A stretch of DNA of 64,000 nucleotides, from positions 7,577-71,576 of the forward strand of contig DATMES010000022.1 of assembly GCA_035556555.1 (NCBI GenBank), read 5' to 3'. The DNA is from Frankiaceae bacterium. GTDB lineage: Bacteria > Actinomycetota > Actinomycetes > BP-191. Positions 1 to 9,445 of this stretch are shown here, piece by piece. The notes beneath the pieces are model-generated. The model was given only the letters and a program-made list of their open reading frames with translations. It had not been told where the DNA came from and made no database searches. Position 1 is the first letter of the stretch. Each line of letters begins with the position of its first letter. The position numbers were made by a program, and so were the translations under genes.

Positions 1-1
1 G

Positions 2-74
2 CTACCAGCTCCAGATCCAGGCCGCCTCCAGGACGCTCGAGCTGACGCTGCGGCACCCCTACTTCGAGGGCTGA
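2..74 (+). CDS. 3' end of an unidentified upstream CDS (partial; ...LELTLRHPYFEG*)
   Basis: Open frame running into the window with a TGA at 72-74; high GC3. Confidence 0.3.
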   Translation, partial: YQLQIQAASRTLELTLRHPYFEG

Positions 75-114
75 GCGGCGGCGTTTCGCAGGTTGCGCGC
101 GGCTTTGCCAAGAT

Positions 115-1008
115 GTGCGCATGGACAAGGCGCAGTTCGACAAGGTGCGTGAGGGCCGTGGCTTCATCGCCGCGCTCGACCAGAGCGGCGGCAGCACGCC
201 GAAGGCACTGAAGCTCTACGGGGTCGAGGAGTCGGAGTACTCCGGCGAGACCGAGATGTTCGACCGCATCCACGAGATGCGGACCCGGATCATCACGAGC
301 CCCGCGTTCACGGGCGAGCGCGTCCTCGGCGCGATCTTGTTCGAGCAGACGATGGACCGCGAGGTCGAGGGGAAGCCCACCGGCGAGTACCTCTGGTCGG
401 TCAAGCAGGTCGTGCCGTTCATCAAGATCGACAAGGGCCTGGCCGACGAGGCCGACGGCGTCCAGCTCATGAAGCCGATGCCCGAGCTCGACGCGCTGCT
501 CGCGCGCGCGGCGGCCAAGGGGATGTTCGGCACCAAGGAGCGTTCGGTCGTCAAGCTCGCCAACGACGCCGGCATCGAGGCGATCGTCGCGCAGCAGTTC
601 GAGGTCGGCCGCCAGGTGCTCGCCGCCGGGCTCGTGCCGATCCTCGAGCCCGAGGTCGACATCAAGAGCCCCGAGAAGCCGCAGGCCGAGGCCAAGCTCA
701 AGGCCGCGATCCTCCGCCACCTCGAAGACCTGTCCGGCGACCAGCAGGTGATGTTCAAGCTCACGCTGCCCGACGAGGACAACTTCTACGCCGACCTCGT
801 CGACCACCCCAGCGTCGTCAAGGTCGTCGCGCTCTCCGGCGGCTACTCGCGCGAGGAGGCCAACGCGCGCCTGTCCCGCAACAAGGGCGTCATCGCGAGC
901 TTCTCGCGCGCGCTCACCGAGGGGCTCAGCGCGCAGCAGTCCGACGAGGACTTCAACCGGACGCTCGACACCGCGATCCAGGGGATCTACGACGCGTCGG
1001 TGAGCTAG
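115..1008 (+). CDS. fda: Fructose-bisphosphate aldolase, class I (Staphylococcus Fda type)
   Basis: GTG start; near-colinear match to class I bacterial FBA, including GFIAALDQSGGSTPKAL, ILFEQTMDREVEGK and VVALSGGYSREEAN. Confidence 0.9.
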   Translation: MRMDKAQFDKVREGRGFIAALDQSGGSTPKALKLYGVEESEYSGETEMFDRIHEMRTRIITSPAFTGERVLGAILFEQTMDREVEGKPTGEYLWSVKQVVPFIKIDKGLADEADGVQLMKPMPELDALLARAAAKGMFGTKERSVVKLANDAGIEAIVAQQFEVGRQVLAAGLVPILEPEVDIKSPEKPQAEAKLKAAILRHLEDLSGDQQVMFKLTLPDEDNFYADLVDHPSVVKVVALSGGYSREEANARLSRNKGVIASFSRALTEGLSAQQSDEDFNRTLDTAIQGIYDASVS

Positions 1009-1652
1009 GACCGCGCCTCGTCGAGCAGCTCTTCCTGCTCGCGCGCGATCGCCTTGCCCGCTCGGACGTAGTGCACGACGGCGACGACGATCGACAGCAC
1101 CGTCATGAAGCCGGCGGCGGCGAGCGCGTACTTGTCGAACGACTCCGCGCGCTCGCCCAGCACGTAGCCCGCCACGGGCACGCCGACGCCCCAGAGGACG
1201 CCGCCGACGACGTTCCAGAGGAAGAACGTCCGGTAGCGCATCTCGGTGCACCCGGCGATGAGCGGCGCGAACGTCCGCACCATCGGCACCACGCGCGCGA
1301 CGACGATCGTCATGCTGCCGAAGCGGTCGTAGAACGCCGTCGCGCGTCTGAGGTTGTGCTGGTTGAGCACGCGGCCGTCGCGCTTCGCGAGGAGCGGCCG
1401 GCCGGCTCTGCGGCCGATCGTGTAGCCGACGTTGTCCCCGACGATCGCGGCGACGACGATGCCCGCGCAGAGCACGACGATGTTGGCGCGGCCGCTGGCG
1501 GCGACGATGCCCGCGGCCACCAGGAGCGTGTCGCCGGGCAGGAAGAACCCGATCAGCAGCCCGGACTCGACGAAGACGATCGTCCAGACGACGACGTACA
1601 GCGCAATGCCCGTGAACGAATTGATGTCGAAGAACTCGATGGCCTCGGGCAC
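1005..1652 (-). CDS. DedA/VTT-family inner-membrane protein
   Basis: DedA signature region GFFLPGDTLLVAAGIVAASG plus multiple TM helices; stop overlaps the fda stop (convergent). Confidence 0.85.
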   Translation of the reverse strand: MPEAIEFFDINSFTGIALYVVVWTIVFVESGLLIGFFLPGDTLLVAAGIVAASGRANIVVLCAGIVVAAIVGDNVGYTIGRRAGRPLLAKRDGRVLNQHNLRRATAFYDRFGSMTIVVARVVPMVRTFAPLIAGCTEMRYRTFFLWNVVGGVLWGVGVPVAGYVLGERAESFDKYALAAAGFMTVLSIVVAVVHYVRAGKAIAREQEELLDEARS

Positions 1653-1843
1653 CGCCCGACCCTACGTCACGCCCACCGGGTGCGTTCGACCTGATAGCCC
1701 GTCCGGCGTAACCGCTGCCTGCTGCCTGCCGGGAAGTTCCGCGCATCCGAGTGAAATCGGGCGCGGGACGTACCGTCGCGCGTTCCGCTGCCGACTTGTG
1801 GTGTGCGGCGCCGCGCAGGACGGCCCGCGCAGGGAGGGACGCC

Positions 1844-2020
1844 ATGACAGAGGACGCACGCGTGACCGTGCTGCGGGAGGCCGTGGGCGAGCTGCTCGCC
1901 GGCTACTCGGAGGTCGCCCGGCTGGTGCCCGAGCTGGCACCCGACGTCCGCGACCCGCTGCTGGCGCCGTTGCGCCGCGCGGCCGACTCCGCGGCCGCGG
2001 CACTCGCGCAGGCTTCGTAG
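1844..2020 (+). CDS. Small hypothetical protein (58 aa)
   Basis: ATG preceded by GGGAGGGA RBS at 5 nt; high GC3; no recognisable domain. Confidence 0.35.
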   Translation: MTEDARVTVLREAVGELLAGYSEVARLVPELAPDVRDPLLAPLRRAADSAAAALAQAS

Positions 2021-2153
2021 CCAGGGCGGCTCCCTCCCGTTCTGTGAAGATCAGCACGCTCAAGACCGGCGGCTGGGCTCCACAGAACGAGCGGTGGGGC
2101 CAGGCGCGGTAGCGTTCGGCAGTACCCCGCCGGACGTCTGAGAGGGACCCACC

Positions 2154-2363
2154 GTGGCCGTCATCAAGACCATCGAGCTCGTCGGCGTCAGCCCGAGCGA
2201 CTGGACCGACGCCGCCAACCGCGCGCTCGCCGAGGCCGCCAAGACGCTGCGCGGCATCGAGGGCATGGAGATCCTCGACCAGACCGCGGTCGTCAAGGAC
2301 AACGCCGTGTCCGAGTACCAGGCGACCGTACGGATCCGCTTCCGCCTCGAGGACCGCGTCTGA
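2154..2363 (+). CDS. Dodecin family flavin-binding protein
   Basis: 69 aa; matches the dodecin pattern V.K..ELVG.S......A...AL..A..TLR.....E.......V.......EYQ..V...F.LED; GAGAGGGA RBS. Confidence 0.8.
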   Translation: MAVIKTIELVGVSPSDWTDAANRALAEAAKTLRGIEGMEILDQTAVVKDNAVSEYQATVRIRFRLEDRV

Positions 2364-2388
2364 CCCGTCCCGCTGGACGTTACCGGTG

Positions 2389-2458
2389 GGTACGGACTGC
2401 CAAAGTCACCGCTTCGTGCTCGCGCCGTAGTCCGTACTCACCGGTAACAACGCGGCCC
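2389..2458. repeat. Palindromic extragenic element, copy 1 (20-bp arms GTTACCGGTGGGTACGGACT / AGTCCGTACTCACCGGTAAC, 30-nt loop)
   Basis: Near-perfect inverted repeat between convergent genes; related to the copy at 21569-21637. Confidence 0.7.
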
Positions 2459-2481
2459 CGCCCGGGGGTCCGCCGGACCCG

Positions 2482-3384
2482 CTAGAGGATCGCGATGGCG
2501 CGGGGCTCGGGGAGGCCGTTGACGAGCTCGTGCCAGCGGACGCCGTTGTCGTTGCTGACGTAGAGCGACCCGCCGGGCGCGGCGCAGACGACCTGCTCGT
2601 CCCAGGCCGACAGGCAGTACGTGTCGACGTTGCCGGCGAAGTACTCCGGCAGCCCCAGCCGTACGCGGTCGAACACCGAGTCCTCCAGCGCGCGCCGGTA
2701 CAGCGCGGCCTCCGCGCCGTCGGGCCCGGCCGACACCGACAGCACGACGTGGTCGCCGGTGACGGCGATGGCGCGGCAGTACGTGTGCGGCATGCCGCGC
2801 GACTCGACCTCCCACGTCTCGCCGGCGTCCGTCGACAGCGCCATGCCCTGCGCCGTCGCGGCGAGGACCGTCGAGGCGTAGTCGGGAACGGTCACGACCT
2901 GGTGCACGTCCCACTCGATCTCGCCGGACGGCAGCCACGTGTCGCCCGCGTCGAACGACCGCACGATGCCGCCCACGTGCACCGACGCGAACAGCGCGTC
3001 GTCCTCGTCGACGTCGAGCGACCGTACGTCCGGCGGCCCGCCCCACGGCGTGTGCCACTTGTCGCGTCCCTCGACGTCGTCGAACGCCTTCACCGGCATC
3101 AGCTCGCCGCCGCGCACCAGCCACAGGTTGGCGCCCGCGGTGCCGGCCCAGACGTCGTCGCCGTTGACGAGGACGCAGGTGATCGCGCCGCGCGTCGGCG
3201 GCAGCGTCTCGAACTCCGCGGCCCCGTCGTCGTCGACGTTCCACAACGTCCCGTCGGCCGCGAGCGCGACCGCGCCGTCGTCCGCCGCCACCACGTGCCG
3301 GAACCCGCCCTCGACGAGCTGGCGCGAGGCGCCCTCGTCGTCCACGTAGTACAGGCCGTCGTCCGTCGCCACCACGAAGCTCAT
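2482..3384 (-). CDS. BNR/Asp-box repeat protein (sialidase-like beta-propeller), cytoplasmic
   Basis: Three SxDxGxTW Asp-box motifs (SFDAGDTW, STDAGETW, SNDNGVRW); no signal peptide; ATG overlaps upstream GNAT stop (ATGA). Confidence 0.7.
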   Translation of the reverse strand: MSFVVATDDGLYYVDDEGASRQLVEGGFRHVVAADDGAVALAADGTLWNVDDDGAAEFETLPPTRGAITCVLVNGDDVWAGTAGANLWLVRGGELMPVKAFDDVEGRDKWHTPWGGPPDVRSLDVDEDDALFASVHVGGIVRSFDAGDTWLPSGEIEWDVHQVVTVPDYASTVLAATAQGMALSTDAGETWEVESRGMPHTYCRAIAVTGDHVVLSVSAGPDGAEAALYRRALEDSVFDRVRLGLPEYFAGNVDTYCLSAWDEQVVCAAPGGSLYVSNDNGVRWHELVNGLPEPRAIAIL

Positions 3385-4154
3385 GGGGCCGCATTCTGCC
3401 GTGTCGGCGGCAGATACCTCACATGCCGGTCCGCGACGCGGAAGCCGACCGACTCGTAGAGGTGCCGCGGGCCCTGGTTGGCGGGGTCGCCGACGGCGTA
3501 CACGACGGCTGTCGTCGCGCCCGCCTCGCGCAGCCGGTGGAGCGCCGCGACGCAGGCCTGGGCGCCGTACCCCTGCCTTCGATGCTCCCTGTCCGTGCCC
3601 ACGGGCTCGAGCTCGCCGCTGGCCGAGCCGGCGTCGTACCAGGCCAGCGCGTACGCCCTCCACCCGACCACGACGTCGAGGTCGCCGCGGTACGGCGGCG
3701 TCGCACGGACGGCGTCGTACGTCTCCCGCGTGAACCGCGAGCTCGTCCACGCCGCGCGGTGCAGCGCGACCCGCCGGTCGGGGTCTTGTTCTCCGGAGAC
3801 GACCCCGCTGGGGAACGGCGGCAGGTCGTCGAGGTCCCGTACGCAGTGCCACAGCCAGTCCCCCGCCTCCGTGAAGCCCGCGTCCCTCAGTGCGGCGACC
3901 TTCGGCCCCTCGGACTCCAGCGCGTAGACGCTCGCGCCCGCCTCGGCCGCCCGCGCGACGAGCTCCGGCATGGCGTCGTCACGACCGCCGAGGTGCCAGA
4001 CGTCGTCGTCGCGGAAGGCGTACGCACCCTCCACCAGAAGCGCGCGGACCAGCTCCTTGCCGAGCGACGGGTTGGCCCCCCAGGCGATGTCGCCGACGTG
4101 CTGCTCGACGTACGGGCCGTGCGTCCGCCACCGCGCGCTCGCGATCGCCTGCAT
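3381..4154 (-). CDS. GNAT family N-acetyltransferase (tandem GNAT, MshD-like architecture)
   Basis: C-terminal acetyl-CoA-binding motif RQGYGAQACVAAL..LRE.GA; start assigned at MQAIASARW ATG, an upstream GTG is possible. Confidence 0.65.
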   Translation of the reverse strand: MQAIASARWRTHGPYVEQHVGDIAWGANPSLGKELVRALLVEGAYAFRDDDVWHLGGRDDAMPELVARAAEAGASVYALESEGPKVAALRDAGFTEAGDWLWHCVRDLDDLPPFPSGVVSGEQDPDRRVALHRAAWTSSRFTRETYDAVRATPPYRGDLDVVVGWRAYALAWYDAGSASGELEPVGTDREHRRQGYGAQACVAALHRLREAGATTAVVYAVGDPANQGPRHLYESVGFRVADRHVRYLPPTRQNAAP

Positions 4155-4199
4155 CGCGGCGAGGTCCTCGGGAGAGATCACCGGCCTATCGTCTACGCC

Positions 4200-4901
4200 G
4201 TGCCCTTCCTCCTCGACGACGTCGTCGTCACGCGCGGCGAGGGGGACGACCACGTACACCCGCTGGCGGACGTGTCGTTCGCGATCGCGCCCGCCCGCGC
4301 GACCGTCGTCGTGGGGCCTTCCGGCTCCGGCAAGTCGACGCTGCTGCGCCTGCTCAACCGCATGGAGGAGCCGAGCGGCGGCCGGGTCCTGCTGCACGGC
4401 AAGCCGTTGCCGGAGTACGACGTCCTCGCGCTCCGCCGCCGTGTCGGCCTGCTCATGCAGCGGCCGACGCCGTTCCCAGGGTCGGTCATCGACAACCTGC
4501 GGACCGGCGCGCCCGCGCTGTCCGAGCCCGAGGCGCTCGCGCTGCTGGCGCGGGTGGGTCTCGCGGAGACGTTCCTCCACCGCGACACCGACGAGCTCTC
4601 CGGCGGCGAGGCTCAGCGGGTCTGCCTCGCCCGCGCGCTCGCGGTCGGGCCCGAGGTGCTGCTGCTGGACGAGGCGACGAGCGCGCTGGACCCGTTCGCG
4701 GCGCAGGTCGTGGAGGGCGTCGTACGGTCGCTCGTCGACGAGGGCCTCACCGTCGTCATGGTCTCGCACGACCTCGCCCAGGCCCGCCGCGTCGCCGACG
4801 ACCTCGTCGTCGTGCTGGAGGGCCGGGTGGTCGCCGCCGGACCCGCCGTCGAGGTGCTCGCCGACCCGGCCGCGGCGGCGTACCTGAACGGCGTCGCGTG
4901 A
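4200..4901 (+). CDS. ABC transporter ATP-binding protein, FetA/YbbL-like
   Basis: Walker A GPSGSGKST, signature LSGGEAQR, Walker B LLLDEATSALD, H-loop; start is approximate (no upstream stop in frame). Confidence 0.8.
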   Translation: MPFLLDDVVVTRGEGDDHVHPLADVSFAIAPARATVVVGPSGSGKSTLLRLLNRMEEPSGGRVLLHGKPLPEYDVLALRRRVGLLMQRPTPFPGSVIDNLRTGAPALSEPEALALLARVGLAETFLHRDTDELSGGEAQRVCLARALAVGPEVLLLDEATSALDPFAAQVVEGVVRSLVDEGLTVVMVSHDLAQARRVADDLVVVLEGRVVAAGPAVEVLADPAAAAYLNGVA

Positions 4902-5704
4902 ACGACGTCCCCGTCCCGCAGTGGTGGGGCGTCGCGCTGGCGTCGTTGCTCGTCGCGGCCACTGGCGCGGTCATCGTGCGCGAACGCCTCGGCCTCGGTC
5001 GCGACGTGGTCGAGGCCGCCGTCCGCGCCGTCGTCCAGCTCGTCGTCGTCGGCTTCGTGCTGGTGTTCCTCTTCGAGCGCGCGGGCATCCCGGGCTCGCT
5101 CGGCTGGGTCGGCGGGATGGTGCTGCTCGCGGGTCGTACGGCGGGGCGGCGCGCCCGCGGCCTGCCCGGGGGCGTACGCGCCGCCACCGTCGGCATCGCC
5201 GTCGGCGTCGCCTGCACGCTCGGCCTCGTCGTCGGCGCGGGCGTCCTCGCCGCCGAGCCGCGCGTCGTCGTCCCCGTCGGCGGCATGGTCGTCAGCGCAG
5301 CCATGCAGGGCTGCTCGATCGTGCTGCAACGCGTCGCCGACGAGGTCGCGTCGTCGCGGCCGCTCGTCGAGGCGCGGCTGGCGCTCGGGCTGCCGGGGAC
5401 GGCGGCGTTCGCGCCGCACCGGCGCCTCGCGCTGCGCGCGTCGCTCGCGCCGGCCATCGACCAGACCAAGGTCGTCGGGCTCATCGCGCTGCCCGGCACC
5501 ATGACCGGCCTCATCATCGCGGGCGTCTCGCCGCTTACCGCGATCCGCTACCAGATCGTCGTGCAGTACATGTGGCTCGGCGCCGCCGCGATCTCCGGGC
5601 TGGTCGCCGCGCGGCTCGCGTCGCGGACCGTCTTCGACGACGCGCACCGCCTCCGCCCCCTCGTTACGGCGCGCCGCCGGAAAACTGTCACACCCCGCCC
5701 CTAA
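4898..5704 (+). CDS. ABC transporter permease, FetB/YbbM (UPF0014) family
   Basis: GTG overlaps ATPase stop (GTGA); about 268 aa polytopic membrane protein with the YbbM-like GLIALPGTMTG motif. Confidence 0.75.
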   Translation: MNDVPVPQWWGVALASLLVAATGAVIVRERLGLGRDVVEAAVRAVVQLVVVGFVLVFLFERAGIPGSLGWVGGMVLLAGRTAGRRARGLPGGVRAATVGIAVGVACTLGLVVGAGVLAAEPRVVVPVGGMVVSAAMQGCSIVLQRVADEVASSRPLVEARLALGLPGTAAFAPHRRLALRASLAPAIDQTKVVGLIALPGTMTGLIIAGVSPLTAIRYQIVVQYMWLGAAAISGLVAARLASRTVFDDAHRLRPLVTARRRKTVTPRP

Positions 5705-5715
5705 CGTCCCTCCCT

Positions 5716-7599
5716 ATGGAGCGGACCGGGGGACTGCCGTACGTCCCCGCCCTGGACGGCGTGCGCGGCGTGGCCGTGCTCGCCGTGCTGCTGTTCCACG
5801 GCGGCGTCTCGTGGCTGCCCGGCGGCTTCCTCGGGGTGGACGCGTTCTTCGTGCTGTCGGGGTACCTCATCACTGGGTTGCTCCTCGCGGGCGTGCCGCT
5901 CCGGACCTTCTGGTCCCGGCGCGTGCGGCGGCTGCTGCCTGCCCTCGCCTTGCTCGTGCTCGTCGTCCTGTGTCTCGGCTCCGTGCTCAACGCCGCACCC
6001 CGCGACGCGCTGGGCGCCTTGACCTACCTCTCCAACTGGCGGTCGTACGCCACCGGCGGCGGCTACTTCGCGTCGTTCGCCGATCCGTCGGCGTTCAAGC
6101 ACACGTGGTCGCTGGCCGTGGAGGCGCAGTTCTACGTCGTCTGGCCGCTCCTCGTGGTCTGCGTCTGCCGCCGCGCGCGCGGGCCCGTGCTCGCGGCTGC
6201 AGGCGTGGGGGCGCTCGTGTCGGCGGCGGCGATGGCGGCGTCGTTCCGGCCCGGCGGCGACCCCGCGCGGGCCTACTACGGCACCGACACCCGCATCCAG
6301 GCCCTCCTCGTCGGCGCCGCGCTGGCCGTCGTGCTCGCGCGCGCAGCGGTGCCCCGCGCGATCGGCTGGTCGGGCCTCGCGGGCGTGGGGCTGACGCTGT
6401 GGGTCTGGCACACCGCGTCCGGCACCTCCGACGACCTCTACGGCGGCGGCTTCCTGCTAGCGGCCGTCGCCACCGCGGCCGTCATCGCCTCGGTCGTGCT
6501 GCTGCCGTCCGGGCCGCTGGCCCGCGCGCTGTCCGTACGCCCCCTGCGCGCGGTCGGCATCGTGTCGTATGGCGTCTACCTCTGGCACTGGCCGGTGTTC
6601 CTGCTGCTCACCGGCGCGCGCACCGGCCTGAGCGGCTTCTGGCTCCTCGCGCTGCGGTTCGCGGCGACCGCCGCCTGCACCGCCGTCTCCTGGTACGCCG
6701 TCGAGGTCCCCGCCCGCACCTGGTCGCCCCGGCTGCCGCCGCTGCACGTACGGCGGGTGGCGCTGGCGGGCGGCACGGCGTTCGCGCTGGCGGCGTTCCT
6801 CGCGCTGTCGCCCGGCACGCCGCCGGGCCCGCCATCCGCGGCGGCTGACCCGCTACCCACGGCGTCACCCACGGCCGCGCGGCGCCCCGCCCGGGCGCCC
6901 ACGACGACCGCGCCGACGACACCCGCGCCCACCCGGGCCGCCGGCGGGCCGACGCGGGTGCTGGTCCTCGGCGACTCGGTGGCGCAGACGCTCGCGGCCG
7001 GGCTGCCCGACGGCGACGGGTTCGACGTCGTCAACGCCGCCGCCCTCGGCTGCGGCCTCGTCACCGGCGGGTACCGCTACTTCGGCGGCCAGTACGACGA
7101 CCCGCCGCACTGCGTCCAGTGGCCGCAGACCTGGGGCGCGGCCGTGGCACGGCACCAGCCGGACCTCGTCGCGGTGCTCGTCGGCCGGTGGGAGGTCATG
7201 GACCGCCGCCTCGACGGGGAGTGGCGGCGGCTGGGGGACGCGGCGTTCGACGCGTACGTCACCGCCCAGCTCGACCGCGCCGTCGACGTGGTCTCCGCCG
7301 GCGGCACCAAGGTCGCGCTGGTCACGGCGCCGTACTACCTCCGCGGCGAACGCCCCGACGGCGGCCGCTTCCCCGAGGACGACCCCGCCCGCGTCGACCG
7401 CTTCAACGCCCTGCTCCGCGACGTCGCGGCGAGACGCGGCGTCGCCGTTGTGGAGCTCGGGGCGGCGCTCGCGCCGGAGGGGACGTTCACGCGGCACATC
7501 AACGGCACCCTCGTCCGCTACGACGGCGTCCACATCAGCGGCGCCGGCGCGCGCATGCTGCGCCCCTGGCTCCTCCGCCAGCTCACCGCCGCCCTCTGA
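5716..7599 (+). CDS. Acyltransferase-3 (OafA/OatA-like) membrane domain fused to a C-terminal SGNH hydrolase domain
   Basis: N-terminal 10-TM acyltransferase-3 region (FHGGVSWLPGGFLGVDAFFVLSGYLIT); Pro/Thr linker; SGNH block VLVLGDSVA. Confidence 0.85.
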   Translation: MERTGGLPYVPALDGVRGVAVLAVLLFHGGVSWLPGGFLGVDAFFVLSGYLITGLLLAGVPLRTFWSRRVRRLLPALALLVLVVLCLGSVLNAAPRDALGALTYLSNWRSYATGGGYFASFADPSAFKHTWSLAVEAQFYVVWPLLVVCVCRRARGPVLAAAGVGALVSAAAMAASFRPGGDPARAYYGTDTRIQALLVGAALAVVLARAAVPRAIGWSGLAGVGLTLWVWHTASGTSDDLYGGGFLLAAVATAAVIASVVLLPSGPLARALSVRPLRAVGIVSYGVYLWHWPVFLLLTGARTGLSGFWLLALRFAATAACTAVSWYAVEVPARTWSPRLPPLHVRRVALAGGTAFALAAFLALSPGTPPGPPSAAADPLPTASPTAARRPARAPTTTAPTTPAPTRAAGGPTRVLVLGDSVAQTLAAGLPDGDGFDVVNAAALGCGLVTGGYRYFGGQYDDPPHCVQWPQTWGAAVARHQPDLVAVLVGRWEVMDRRLDGEWRRLGDAAFDAYVTAQLDRAVDVVSAGGTKVALVTAPYYLRGERPDGGRFPEDDPARVDRFNALLRDVAARRGVAVVELGAALAPEGTFTRHINGTLVRYDGVHISGAGARMLRPWLLRQLTAAL

Positions 7600-7632
7600 C
7601 CGTCCCCCGGCCCCCCGTCGGCCCGCACCCCG

Positions 7633-7662
7633 CCCCCGTCGCACCCGCACCCGCACCCGCAC
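7633..7662. repeat. Short (GCACCC)n hexamer tandem repeat in a convergent intergenic region
   Basis: cacccgcacccgcacccgcacc read directly. Confidence 0.5.
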
Positions 7663-7672
7663 CTCTGATCAT

Positions 7673-8533
7673 TTAGCGGCGGACGCGGTCCAGGAAGTCG
7701 CGCACGACCTCGAGGTAGCGGTCCTGCTCCTCGACGAACGTCATGTGCCCGCTCCGCTCGAACACCACCAGCTCCGCCCCCGGCACCCCCTCCGCGATCG
7801 CCTCGGCGGCCTCCGGGGGGCACGTACGGTCGTGCCGACCGGCCAGAACCAGCACCGGGTGCTCGACCGAGCCCAGAGCGGCCTCGACCTCGATGCCGCC
7901 GTACGACGCCGTCGCGAAGTGCCGCAGCACGTCCGGCGACCCGGCGAGCCCGGCGGTGCGGGCGTTGTAGTCGGCGATGCGCGGGTCGCGCGGGTCGGCG
8001 AAGTGCCACGGCGCCTGGTCCGCGAGGAGGCGTTCGACCTCCTCGGCGGACGTCACCGACGCCTCGGCCTCCCACGACGCCGTCACCTGGTCGCGCAGCT
8101 CCTCCGGCTCGAACGCCGCCAGCCGGTCGCCCAGCCCGTCGAGGTAGCGGGCCGACGGCAGCCCGCTCGACACGATCGTCCCCGCCGGCTCCCCGGCGAA
8201 GTCGACGGCGTGCTGCAGGGCGACGAACGCGCCGTACGAGTGCCCGAGGACGGCGTACGGGCCGTAGCCGAGCGCGGCGCCCAGCGCCTGCACGTCGGCG
8301 GCCATCTGCTGCAGCGTCCACGTCTCGGGCGGGCACGATTCGGAACGCCCCTGCGCCCGCTGGTCCACGAGCACCAGCCGGTAGTGGTCGGTCAGCGGGT
8401 CGAGGTAGTCGGCGAACATGTGGTGGTCGAGCCCGGGGCCGCCGTGCAGCACCAGCACGGGGAACCCCTCGCCGCGCTCCACGACGTACAGCTTCGTGTC
8501 CCCCACCGAGACGTAACGCTCGTTCTGGTCCAT
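7673..8533 (-). CDS. Alpha/beta hydrolase (proline iminopeptidase-like)
   Basis: HGGPG oxyanion motif and GHSYG nucleophile elbow; 286 aa. Confidence 0.8.
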   Translation of the reverse strand: MDQNERYVSVGDTKLYVVERGEGFPVLVLHGGPGLDHHMFADYLDPLTDHYRLVLVDQRAQGRSESCPPETWTLQQMAADVQALGAALGYGPYAVLGHSYGAFVALQHAVDFAGEPAGTIVSSGLPSARYLDGLGDRLAAFEPEELRDQVTASWEAEASVTSAEEVERLLADQAPWHFADPRDPRIADYNARTAGLAGSPDVLRHFATASYGGIEVEAALGSVEHPVLVLAGRHDRTCPPEAAEAIAEGVPGAELVVFERSGHMTFVEEQDRYLEVVRDFLDRVRR

Positions 8534-8542
8534 CCGGGCATC

Positions 8543-8968
8543 ATGCCTGCCATGGACCCGACCAACCTGCTCGCCGGCCCGCCGCCGACCCTGCTGCCCG
8601 CCGACAACCCCGCCGCCGACGACGCGCTCGCCCGCGGCGACGATCCGAAGACCGTCGCGGCGGCGCACCCGACGCACCTCGCGGCGTGGGCGGCGCTGGC
8701 GGACGCGGCGTACGAGAGCGGGGAGGCCGTCGCGTCGTACGCCTACGCCCGCGTCGGCTACCACCGCGGCCTCGACGCGCTGCGGCGCAACGGCTGGAAG
8801 GGCCACGGCCCCGTGCCGTGGAGCCACGAACCCAACCGCGGCTTCCTCCGCGCCCTCCACGCGCTCGGCAGGGCGGCCGGCGCCATCGGGGAGAACGACG
8901 AGGCGGAACGGTGCGCGACGTTCCTCCGCGACTGCGACCCGGCGGCCGCGGCGGCGCTCCGGACCTAG
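8543..8968 (+). CDS. Conserved actinobacterial hypothetical protein (DUF3151-like)
   Basis: 141 aa; conserved HPTHLAAWAALADAAYESGE...YAYARVGYHRGLDALRRNGWKG region. Confidence 0.55.
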   Translation: MPAMDPTNLLAGPPPTLLPADNPAADDALARGDDPKTVAAAHPTHLAAWAALADAAYESGEAVASYAYARVGYHRGLDALRRNGWKGHGPVPWSHEPNRGFLRALHALGRAAGAIGENDEAERCATFLRDCDPAAAAALRT

Positions 8969-9357
8969 TCCGCCGCGGGTCGCGCGCGCCGGCGCCCGGA
9001 CAGCAGCGGCGCCCCGGGGAACGACGACATCCGCGTTCCCACGTCGTCGATGACGCTCATGATCCGGCCGGTGGTGGCCGCGATCGCGGCGACCTGCTTC
9101 TGGGTGTCGTTGACGCCGACGACGATCGACTGGATCTCGTCGCCCTCCAGCGTGCGGGCCAGCTTCTCCAGTCCAGGCGCGAGCTCCCGCAGTGGCTGCT
9201 CCAGGTCGTCGAGAAGGCTGTCGAGGCGACGTACGACGCGCTGCGCGTCGATCGCCAGCTCCACGACCGCGCGGACCGCGTCGGGGACGGCGAGCAGCGC
9301 CTGGGTCTGCGTGTTGAGCAGGTCGACGACGTCGGACAGGCCGGGCAGCTTGGGCAT
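8965..9357 (-). CDS. Hypothetical protein (130 aa)
   Basis: ATG start; high GC3; no recognisable domain; convergent overlap with the upstream gene. Confidence 0.45.
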   Translation of the reverse strand: MPKLPGLSDVVDLLNTQTQALLAVPDAVRAVVELAIDAQRVVRRLDSLLDDLEQPLRELAPGLEKLARTLEGDEIQSIVVGVNDTQKQVAAIAATTGRIMSVIDDVGTRMSSFPGAPLLSGRRRARPAAD

Positions 9358-9445
9358 GGCGAGGAGCGTACGGCGTCCGGTAACATCTCTCCGCAAGAGG
9401 CCTCGGCACTTGCCGGGGTCTTTCGTTTTGTCCGGAGGAGCGCGT